Of a DNA stretch of 8,141 nt, positions 1-8,141 are shown piece by piece. Every line of letters starts with the position of its first letter. Position 1 is the first letter of the stretch. Both the position numbers and the translations under genes were made by a program. Origin of the DNA: Octopus sinensis (taxonomy: Eukaryota). Location of the stretch: the NCBI RefSeq assembly GCF_006345805.1, contig NW_021828527.1, forward strand, positions 1-8,141, in the 5' to 3' direction. The notes under the pieces were generated by a model. The model had not been told where the DNA came from, did not search any database, and worked only from the letters and a program-made list of their open reading frames with translations.

Positions 1-75
1 CAAGAGAAGCAGAAGAAAGAAGAAGAAGAAGAGAAGACGAAAAGAAGAAGAGAAGAAGAAGAAGAAGAAGAAGAA
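1..75 (+). repeat. Imperfect (GAA)n microsatellite, running off the window start
   Basis: Read directly: gaagaagaa with a few interruptions. Confidence 0.95.
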
Positions 76-242
76 TGAGAGAGTGCTATGATGGTTGTAG
101 GATGGTAAATGTTCAAGTGCCCTGAAAGTGACTTGTTGTGGATGGTAGTAATGATTGAGGCATCTCTTTTGAATGTATTGTTTATGATATTTGCACTTGA
201 CCATTTAACATCCTACTATTATCATAGCACTTCCGCATTCCT

Positions 243-354
243 CTTCTTCTTCTTTTTCTTCTTCTTCTTCTTCTTCTTCTTCTTCTTCTTCTTCTTCTTC
301 TTCTTCTTCTTCTTCTTCTTCTTCTTCTTCTTCTTCTTCTTCTTCTTCTTCTTC
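243..354 (+). repeat. Near-perfect (CTT)n microsatellite, about 37 units
   Basis: Read directly; it explains the poly-Phe and poly-Arg ORFs 109..480 and 182..457. Confidence 0.98.
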
Positions 355-603
355 TCTGCCAAGATTTCACAACGACCTCGAAACCACAAGAGTAAACAAG
401 AGCGGCAGAGACAGGCAGAAACAAGGAAAATATCCCTTGTGCTTGAATACCATGCAAATATTCTTTTGAAACGCTTCTAATTTAATTTTTCCAAAATTTA
501 ATAGTTTTCCATATTTTACAGTTGAAAAAGCCTCACTGACCGAACCGTATTGAAATGTTTTTTATAAAATTATTTTAGCATTTTCTAACCATGACCTTTT
601 TCC

Positions 604-640
<37 letters not shown>

Positions 641-701
641 ATATATATATATCATAAACACTCATATATATTATATATATATAATATATAATATATATAT
701 A
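604..701. repeat. Interrupted (AT)n microsatellite
   Basis: Read directly. Confidence 0.95.
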
Positions 702-729
702 CTAGCTGATGCATCCGGTAATTCCCGGA
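702..729 (-). mobile_element. Probable Helitron 3' terminus (hairpin plus CTAG); element body would extend rightwards, 5' end not located
   Basis: The minus strand reads TCCGGGAATTACCGGA-TGCATCAG-CTAG|T: a 16-nt palindrome with one mismatch (714-729) ending 12 nt from the terminus, with CTAG (702-705) followed by T. This matches the established Helitron 3' signature. Confidence 0.55.
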
Positions 730-1246
730 AAGCGGGGCTTATCCCTAGGTTCCGTTCTCATAATTGTTTCACTAATCGGATGACAACAGTACAAAGTATG
801 CAGCCCTTAAAACTGTTTTTGTGCATTCATTGAGAATACAAACTGTCTTACACAGGATCTTATTTTTAGGAATTACCAATAAGTTATGAATATCCATATA
901 TGTCACTAACCGAAATAAGTGGATCTATTGTTTAGGAAAATATTATCTACTTGTTTAAGCGTTGTAATGGATAAATTGTGAAAATAACTCAAATAGTTCA
1001 AATACTAAGAAATAAGCATACTCAATTTCATTTATACAAAATAATTTACGAACATGAATGGGTTATATATAAGGATCCCTTTCAGGAGCGAATGGGTTAT
1101 TTCCCTTGGATGTTTAAAAATAATATATTAGTTATATGTAGTAGATATAAGAATTCCTTCCAGGGGCACTATTATCAATTTTTTCAACAATCTAAGTATG
1201 TCACTAGTTTTCCAAACATGAGTTCTACTCCCATGTCAAGTCTCAT

Positions 1247-1318
1247 ACTGAGGTCGACCTAATCGACTGGCCCCTTCCTCAAAATTTCTGGCTTTGTGCC
1301 TAGAGTAGAAAGTAATAT
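1247..1318 (+). mobile_element. 3' fragment of a cephalopod-type SINE
   Basis: actgaggtcgacctaatcgactggcccc...aaatttctggctttgtgcc...gaaagtaatat resembles the 3' half of an abundant octopus SINE as I recall it; no tRNA head is visible. Confidence 0.55.
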
Positions 1319-1714
1319 GACATAAAGAATAAAAAATATAGTGACTCGCCAATAAAGACAATCACATCGAGACCAAGGAAGCAAGTAAGGTATGTTACAA
1401 CTTTAAAATAGAATACTATTTGAACCAAATAAAACACTTGAAACTTAATATTTTGTCTGAGTCCCTAAAATATAAATAACTTGGCATTAATATGAAAAAC
1501 AAATTACAAGAGAGAAAATTATCTTTGGACCACTAAGGAATATATAAGTGCAGCTTTTGAAATAAGTTTTCAGTTTTAGAACTGAAGGTACCAGATATAA
1601 ATTGGCCCGGCAAGATAAAAGTATTGCTTAATTCCAATTCTTGTTGAAGAAAACACTTCCAGAATTTATATTCTATTGATAAATATGAAATCTCACGCAA
1701 TAAAAATCTACAAG

Positions 1715-1755
1715 ATTTTCTTAAACTTTCAGGATAATTTTCTTAAACTTTCAGG
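1715..1755 (+). repeat. Perfect 19 bp direct repeat ATTTTCTTAAACTTTCAGG x2 (period 22)
   Basis: Copies at 1715-1733 and 1737-1755. Confidence 0.95.
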
Positions 1756-1764
1756 TGAACAGTA

Positions 1765-2734
1765 AAAGCCATTGTGGTACTCAACAAGAACTTATTCAAT
1801 TGTACGATCTCCAGATGGCGATACAGATTTCTTTGAAATTGCTGACACTTTAGCAACCAATATATTCACCATCTACTTGGATGACGCTCTCAAAACTGTT
1901 GTCAATACCATTAAAGACAATAGATTCCCATTGCATCCGCGATAGGCTAGTAGACATCGTGTTACAAGAATGTAGACATCGTGTCACAAGATGCCGATTA
2001 CGCTAATAATTTGGTATTATTCTCTGATCTAATAAGCCAAGCGGAAACTCTTTCTCCGTAGTTTTGAACATTCAGCCAAAATGTGTCCCTTTCTAACTCA
2101 GACAAAATGAAAACATAAGCATAAATCAAAACGAAAATGTAAAAACAGTGTCTGGCACATCTCTCAATTGTGTAGAGTTTACATATCTTGGCAATAACAT
2201 CTCTGGTAGCGAGAGCAATGTTAACACATGCTTTGATAAAACCTGGGTTGCCGCGCGATAGGTTATCTTTAGTGTAGAAAGCTAGACTTCCAGACAACAT
2301 AGAAAAGGGTTTTTTTTTTCAAACAACTGTTACCCCTTTTCTATCGTATTTTTGATCAGCATGGACCCTTACTTCAAAACCGGAAAGAAGATTGGATGGA
2401 GCCTACATTCGCATGCTAAGTGTAGCCTTGTTAGTAACCTGAAGAGGTCATCTGACCGATGAGCCACTGTATAGAAACTTTCGTCCAGTATCAGAAATCA
2501 TCAAAAAGCGTAGAGTCAGATTCGCAGGGCATGGCTAGAGAGCTAAAGACAAAATTGCTCGTGAAGTTCTTTTGTGGGAACCTACACAAATAAGGAAAGC
2601 AGGGGACGAGAAAGCAAGATTTATGATGAAATAAACTCTAATTCCTTTAACCTGCTGATATGATGAACAATAGAACTGGATGGCGACAGAGAGCCACAAT
2701 AATCCGTGCAAACAGTAGGACCAGTTGATGGTGA
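1765..2734 (+). mobile_element. Decayed, 5'-truncated non-LTR retrotransposon (RTE-like LINE): RT domain pseudogene and C-terminus
   Basis: Manual translation across frameshifts and stops: IVRSPDGDTDFFEIA-DTLATNIFTIYLDDAL (from 1799), DADYANNL (1990-2013, YADD position), FTYLGNNIS (from 2178), DRLSLV*K, AWTLTSKPERRLDGAYIRML, RRVRFAGHG*RAKDKIAREVLLWEP (from 2509), MNNRTGWRQRATIIRANSRTS* (stop 2726-2728), then a tgatggtga tail remnant. Motif order is that of a LINE RT; the clade assignment is less certain. Confidence 0.9.
1950..1991 (+). repeat. 20 bp tandem duplication inside the LINE (period 22)
   Basis: gtagacatcgtgttacaaga (1950-1969) versus gtagacatcgtgtcacaaga (1972-1991), one mismatch. 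Confidence 0.92.
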
Positions 2735-3120
2735 ACAAAAGCAGTAAAAAAAACAACTTATTTTGCACAGTACAGTGTATAATAACGTGGATAAAATACA
2801 GCCGAAGTCTTCATTAATTTTACTCTGGACTTGAGAGCCTAGCTGAAATATGTTTGTGAAGATGAAGGGACATGTATGACATCCGAAGACTTGAGATGCT
2901 TTGCAGTATTTGCTATGGCTGTTTGGATCGTGCATTCAAATCCCCGAGTGATAGACGTAATGCCTCACTCTTTCTGAACCTTTGTGTCCAAATGTCTATT
3001 TCAAGCATAACTAACCACCCATACGCAGTCTCAGAGACTATGAACTGATTTTGTCGTATTCTCTCATCGTCACTCGCTTTCTTTCTCTCTTTCTCCTTTT
3101 CTCTCTCGTTTTCTCTCGGG

Positions 3121-3230
3121 AATTGTACCTGTAATTCAAAGGTCCAGCCTTGTCACATATTGTGCCTTCCTGATTGTAACTGAGGATATCATTAAGACAC
3201 TTCAGTCTGAAGGCATGAGCTTAGTGAACA
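3121..3230 (+). mobile_element. Possible degraded SINE body fragment
   Basis: gtacctgtaattcaaaggtccagccttgtcaca resembles an internal segment of an octopus SINE as I recall it; boundaries are uncertain. Confidence 0.35.
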
Positions 3231-3374
3231 GTTGTCCGAGAGCCTCATCGGTCTAAAGGCTCAATTTTGATCTACGTAAGCTATGGCTTGGTGTCAGTAA
3301 ATAAATACTATAAGGACCAGTTGATTGCTCAAGGACTTATAATGCTATCAAAACGGCGCTGCATTAAGTGTATG

Positions 3375-3478
<104 letters not shown>

Positions 3479-3614
3479 TAGATGTGTATGTATGTGTAGT
3501 ATGTGTGTGTGTGACAATGCACACGTTGCATAAATTAAATAGCTATGCATGTAACTATGTGGTCATCCATGATATTATTCTTGTATGGTCTACGTATGTA
3601 ACACTTTAAGCAAA

Positions 3615-3985
3615 GGCTTTGCCAAAAGGACGCAGGCTCTAGATAGGTCTTCCATGCCAGGCAGGTGAAAGAAAAGAGGCCAGACTAATATGGACCGTCT
3701 CTTCTCTCAGATAAAAATGGGCTTGCATGGGGCCAATGCCGCTATCTAGAAAAGAAAGCCAAGTTGCAAAAGTATTGATGACAATTTGAAATCAGTAAGA
3801 GCCAGGATGAGGAATACCCTCCTTCAAAGAAACGTATGACGTGGTGAAGTAAAATCCGAAATGCATAGTTGAAAAACAGGGATCCAACTAGAAAGAAATA
3901 GTAAGAACTGTCCAGAGTCAAGAACAGTAGAGGAAAGTCAGTAATGGACTGTGCTCCAAAAGGACCGAAGGGCTTAAGTAAGTAA
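3615..3985 (+). mobile_element. Non-autonomous bipartite RTE derivative, copy A (5'UTR plus 3' end, (TAAG)n tail)
   Basis: The 3' part translates GSN*KEIVRTVQSQEQ*RKVSNGLCSKRTEGLK*, a typical RTE-clade C-terminus, and ends in taagtaagtaa (3975-3985). The 5' part aligns by eye with 4800-5010. The start coordinate is approximate. Confidence 0.75.
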
Positions 3986-4497
3986 TATTCTCCCCACTCC
4001 GTTTAAACGTGTATGTTCTATTAGAACAAACTATACTGAGGTAGATGCCACGAGGAAAACTCTCATATTGGCTTTTTGATGTAAAATGCCCTCTTGTTTA
4101 TATTGCTAATGGGTGGATAAATCCTTGCCGCCTTCAATGTGAGACCATCAGACCATGTGGTTTCAACCTTCCTTGGTCCTGTCAATGATGGACGCGCGAC
4201 TACAAGAGATAGCATCGATTCATCCCTCCACCAGCGATATATATATTGATAGTGTCAGTACAGGCTCTGGTGTTGCGATTAGCCAGTTAGCTTGTTAAAA
4301 ATATATATATATTCTCGACGGAGGCAGTATCAATTGCGAGAGGTAATATTTATGTCCACTTGAGTGTGGGTGTTCTGTTAGGACAAACTATACTGCGGTA
4401 ATTACCTATTTCTTTACTATACTGCGGTAATTACCATGAGAGAAACACTCATATGGGCTCTTTAGTGCAAATTGCATTGTTGTTTACATCGCCAAGT
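3982..4497 (+). repeat. Diverged direct duplication, period about 361 bp (3982-~4110 versus 4343-~4497)
   Basis: tgttctattagaacaaactatactgaggta...ctctcatattggcttttt...ttgtttatattgctaa versus tgttctgttaggacaaactatactgcggta...cactcatatgggctcttt...ttgtttacatcgccaa. Confidence 0.85.
4387..4435 (+). repeat. Perfect 20 bp direct repeat ACTATACTGCGGTAATTACC x2, each ending in the palindrome GGTAATTACC
   Basis: Copies at 4387-4406 and 4416-4435. Confidence 0.95.
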
Positions 4498-4729
4498 AAA
4501 TATTACTAATATATATTTTCAAATCTACAGCTCAATGACTAACCGCTGTACTTCTCTCAAAGTTCATGTTCAACAATATGCACTTTTCTCTATGCAATTA
4601 AAGGTATTTACAATTAAAAAGTGATTAATTAAAACTTTACCAATGTAGTTGTATTATTATAGATTGAAAATGTCTTCGATTTTGTTGAGATTGTTTAAAG
4701 TATTTGTTATTCATCTTGCTATACATCGC

Positions 4730-5220
4730 ATGGCCCAGCCCTTGGTGCATTGTTGTGGTTTGTGGACCTCAATGACCCTGAGATCTATTGAAGTGGAGCA
4801 CAAGCTCTTGGTAGTTCCTCCCATACTGGACAGGTAAAAAAATACAGGCCAAGCTAATATGGATCACCTAATCCCAGAAGTGAAAATGGATTTGCATTGG
4901 GCTAACAGTTCTACCTAGAAAAAAAAAATGGAGTTGCAGAAGCATCGATGATAATTCAAAACCAACAAAATCTAGGAGTGAAAGACTTTCTCTCAAGAAA
5001 ACATATGGCGAAATTGCAAGGGCGACTCACTTTCTGACCACTGGGAGAAATCTATCAGGGGGACGAGAGGACGTCCTAAAGGTAGCTGGAGGTGAGATAT
5101 TGAAGCAGCACAGAAAAAATATGTATCCAACAGGTGAGATGCAAGGGGATAGCCCAGAGTCGAGAAAAGTGAAAAAGGTTATCGATGGTCTGTGCCCCAT
5201 GTGGAGCAAAGGGCTTGAAT
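4730..5220 (+). mobile_element. Non-autonomous bipartite RTE derivative, copy B
   Basis: 5' motif ctcaatgaccctgagatctat...ggtagttcctcccatactggacaggt resembles RTE/BovB 5'UTRs. The 3' part translates RGRPKGSWR*DIEA (from 5066) and ...KVIDGLCPMWSKGL. Homologous to 3615-3985. Confidence 0.78.
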
Positions 5221-5242
5221 GAGAGATTCTTTCATTCTTTAA

Positions 5243-5458
5243 CTTTTTTACTTGTTTCAGTCATTTGACTGCGGCCAGGCTGGAGTATCGCCTTTAATCG
5301 AACAAATCGACCCCAGGAGGTATTTTTTGTAAACCTAGTACTTATTCTATCGGTCATTTTTGCTGAACCGTTAAGTTACGGGGAGGTGAACATACCAACA
5401 TCGATTATCAAGCGATGGTGGAGGGTGACAAACACACACACACACACACACACATATA

Positions 5459-5496
<38 letters not shown>

Positions 5497-5800
5497 AATC
5501 TGAAGAATCCACTAGAATGGATGCAAGTGCTAATATATGATTTATAAAAATATGTGACATAATAAAATTCTGTAAACATAAAACCATCCAGATTTCCGAG
5601 TAACTTATTTATTCTAATATATATATACATATATACACACATATATACGACAGGCTTCTTTCAGTTTCCGTCTACCATATCCACTCACAAGGCTTTGGTC
5701 GGCCCGAGGCTATAGCAGAAGACATTTGCTCAACGTGTCACTCAGTGAGACTGAACGCGGAACCATCTGGTTGGGAAGCAAGCTTCTTACCACTGTAGCT
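5243..5800 (-). mobile_element. tRNA-derived CORE-type SINE (octopus-like) with an internal (TA)/(CA) microsatellite and a ~120 bp insertion
   Basis: The minus strand from 5800 reads AGCTACAGTGGTAAG (A-box-like) ... GTTCAGTCTC (B-box-like) ... TTGAGCAAATGTCTTCTGCTATAGCCTCGG (CORE-like). Segments 5243-5450 and 5640-5800 match the two halves of an abundant octopus SINE as I recall it. Confidence 0.85.
5432..5494. repeat. (AC)n(AT)n microsatellite inside the SINE
   Basis: Read directly. Confidence 0.95.
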
Positions 5801-6164
5801 TTTCTATATGTTATAACTAATTTTTACAGTAGTCACACAGGAAAATAACAAAGAGAAGAGAATGAATTAGAAAAAGCTGGAAAATATTACGAGGATGAAA
5901 AGTAAATTCGGTATAGTATGAACTATTTTCTGTCTATAAGGAATGTCTAACTTCAAAGAATGTCGAATTTAATTTATTTGTCTTAAGTTATGCATGTTGA
6001 GGGTTCCAAGAAAAGATGAAATATCGCTATACATGGCTACCAACGACTAAAAACTTTAAGAACTATAATGTGTAGAATAAAAATTAAATATGCATGCTCT
6101 GTACACCTGCATTACCCTATAATGTAAATTCCAAACTATCGAATTTAATGCAACTATCTTAATT

Positions 6165-6350
6165 GGATTATTCTGTCAAATCAAATGTAATGCTTATTTA
6201 TGTATATTGTTTTGAATTAATAATGCATTTATCTTGTAGGATTGAGATTTCAATGACGGGATTGTTTATTTTTAGAATGACATTGTAGGTTAGGTGGGAA
6301 GCCCCAAATCTGGTAGGTAGAATATTTTAGCCAGAAATACCAGCTTACAT
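6165..6350. mobile_element. Internal remnant of an octopus MITE-like interspersed repeat, terminal inverted repeats not visible
   Basis: ctgtcaaa...tgtaatgcttattta...gttttgaattaa...gattgtttatttttagaatgacattgtagg resembles a common octopus repeat recalled from memory; unverified. Confidence 0.45.
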
Positions 6351-6384
6351 AATTCCCTTTTAACAGTCAGTTAAAGTGAGACAG

Positions 6385-6776
6385 TGTCACGTGACAACTT
6401 GCTGGGGCTGCCTGTTGGAGCCTAGCGGCAGGTATTTAAAAGGAAAAATTTGACAAGTCAGTCAGTCACCGGCTGACACTCGCTGACGATACATCGAAGA
6501 GGCCAGGGAACAGAGGAAAGAAGAAAGAAGACATGCACCCAACACCAGAGCTGAAGACACCTCCGAAAGGGGGAGGGGGCAGCCACGTCAAAACGGTAGA
6601 GGAGTAGGGGCTGAAACCGGACGTGGTTCCTCCTGATGATATCTTGAGCTAACTGGATCCTATAAAGGAGCTGTTGTGGTAGCAGACCACGAAACACGGT
6701 TGTAATTCCTCAACCAAGAATGCACCGTGTGTTTAAAAACATCTATATCTTACAGATGTATACGAGAATAAAAACA
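6385..6776 (+). mobile_element. GC-richer island resembling a solo LTR or a Penelope/DIRS-type terminal repeat
   Basis: Begins TGTCAC; TATTTAAA at 6433-6440 with Inr-like TCAGTC about 25 nt downstream (6458); TATAAA at 6661; AATAAA at 6767-6772; ends ACA. No target-site duplication found. Confidence 0.4.
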
Positions 6777-6878
6777 AATTTAGTATCAGAGAAATAAGTG
6801 CTATCGGAATAAAAATGAAATTCAGTGTTAACTGAGACTTTAGTAATATCTGTACGGATTTTGCACCTCTCAAAAATA

Positions 6879-7200
6879 ATTTGTTTCAAAAAAATTTTAT
6901 TTCGAAAGAAATGAAGTATTTTATGGCTCTCTATAAACTTCCAGGACTCATAATTTTCAAAATAACCTTGGAATTTCCTCCGCAACTGCTAGTATTTATC
7001 ATTTATTTATATTTACGATTGTGGATAAACATTTATAGACAAATAAAAAGCGTGTGCATTATGGTCACTATCTAACGTGCTAAATATATGTGAAAAATAG
7101 ATTTCAAGATTTGATTCAATTTGGACACAATGTAAAGATTCTTCATGTTTACTTAGTGGTCGAATTTTGTTCCTTTTGAATAGATTTTCTTGAAACAAAT
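6879..7200. repeat. Imperfect inverted repeat, arms ~6879-6976 and ~7099-7200
   Basis: atttgtttcaaaaaaattttatttcgaaagaaatgaa versus the reverse complement of the right arm, atttgtttcaagaaaatctattcaaaaggaacaaa. A weaker match (aaccttggaattt / aatcttgaaatct) lies about 90 nt further in. Confidence 0.6.
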
Positions 7201-7269
7201 ATATACACCCAAAAGTGATGAATGGTAAGGAGAAATGTACGCCTTACTGTGGAAAGGTGTTAGAGACAC

Positions 7270-7348
7270 GCACATACATACATACATAAATGCATACATA
7301 CATAAATGCATACATACATATATACATACATACATATATATGTATATG

Positions 7349-7379
<31 letters not shown>

Positions 7380-7897
7380 TTATAGATATTTATGAATATA
7401 GATATATGTTTATGCTTTCTAGCCCACACATACATACACAGGCAGACATACGCACACACAAACATATATGTGTGTATAAGTATACACAGTCACACGTACA
7501 CATGCTCTCTCTCTCTCTCTCTTTCACTCTCGCTCTGCTTCTCTACCTGTATATCTGTATCTATACATATATGCATATATATATACATATATACATATAT
7601 GTATATATATATATATACATGTATATATATGTATGTATATAAATGTATGCATTTATGTACAAGTAAAAATATGTGTGTATAAATGCATATATATATATAT
7701 ATATAATATATATATGTATATACATATATATAGATATAAACATATACATATTAACATATGTATATATACTCATATACACACACACGTATATACGCAGATA
7801 TATTAGCAAATATTTGCATACGTGTATGTACGTACAGACGTATTTATGCATGTATGTATGTTCGTAACGTAAGTAGACATATACACATACAATATAT
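7270..7897. repeat. Compound degenerate (CATA)n/(TA)n/(CA)n/(CT)n microsatellite
   Basis: Read directly; it explains all the Y/I/H/M/C/V-rich ORFs from 7153 to 7977. Confidence 0.95.
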
Positions 7898-8141
7898 GAC
7901 TGTGTGCCCCCCCCCACTTTCTCTTTCTTTCTCTCCGTATATGTGTGACTAAGTGGACCATTAGTACATAAACTCAATACTTAACCGGATATGATACTCT
8001 AAGACCGAGAACAAAAGACCTGTTCTGTTATACAAGCAACACACCTAGAATACATGATAGAGATAATATATTTGAAAGCATTACTAAGACAGTAAGACAA
8101 TTCCATCATCCATATGTACCCAGATAATGAGTTTGCATTTC

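Noticed and set aside
109-480. 123 aa poly-Phe ORF and the antisense poly-Arg ORF
   Set aside because: These are translations of the (CTT)n microsatellite, with no coding signal outside it.
978-1262. 94 aa ORF
   Set aside because: No recognisable motif, non-ATG start, AT-rich, and it runs into a SINE fragment.
1998-2935. Minus-strand ORFs of 100, 77 and 104 aa
   Set aside because: They lie antisense to the decayed LINE or its flank; the real coding signal is on the plus strand and is broken.
2717-3325. 13 bp direct repeat AGGACCAGTTGAT (2717-2729 and 3313-3325) as a possible TSD
   Set aside because: One 13-mer match in 8 kb is near chance expectation, and the enclosed segment has no coherent element ends.
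4387-4435. CRISPR-like palindromic direct repeat
   Set aside because: Only two copies, a 9 bp spacer, no cas genes, and a eukaryotic context.
5730-5800. tRNA gene
   Set aside because: The A/B-box-like motifs are the SINE head; no complete cloverleaf.
6458-6697. 79 aa minus-strand ORF
   Set aside because: No recognisable domain; expected by chance in a GC-richer patch.
7153-7977. Seven overlapping ORFs rich in Y/I/H/M/C/V
   Set aside because: Artefacts of alternating purine-pyrimidine repeats, which contain few stop codons.

Overview
AT-rich eukaryotic non-coding DNA (intronic or intergenic) made almost entirely of microsatellites and decayed transposable elements. The SINE and MITE-like sequences resemble repeats I recall from octopus/cephalopod genomes; this is an inference from memory, not a database result. 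No intact host gene is supported, and the supplied ORFs are translations of simple repeats, antisense TE sequence or short chance frames. Main content: (GAA)n and (TTC)n tracts; a probable Helitron 3' terminus on the minus strand (~702-729); a 5'-truncated, heavily mutated RTE-like LINE reverse transcriptase (~1765-2734); (GATA)26; two diverged bipartite non-autonomous RTE derivatives (5'UTR plus 3' tail, ~3615-3985 and ~4730-5220); a ~360 bp-period direct duplication; a tRNA-derived CORE-type SINE on the minus strand with an insertion in its internal microsatellite (~5243-5800); a GC-richer, LTR-like island with three hammerhead-core CTGANGA motifs (~6385-6776); a ~100 bp imperfect inverted repeat; and a long compound (TA)/(CATA) tract. 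I did not find a convincingly novel system. The best leads are the LTR-like/hammerhead-motif island and the bipartite RTE elements.
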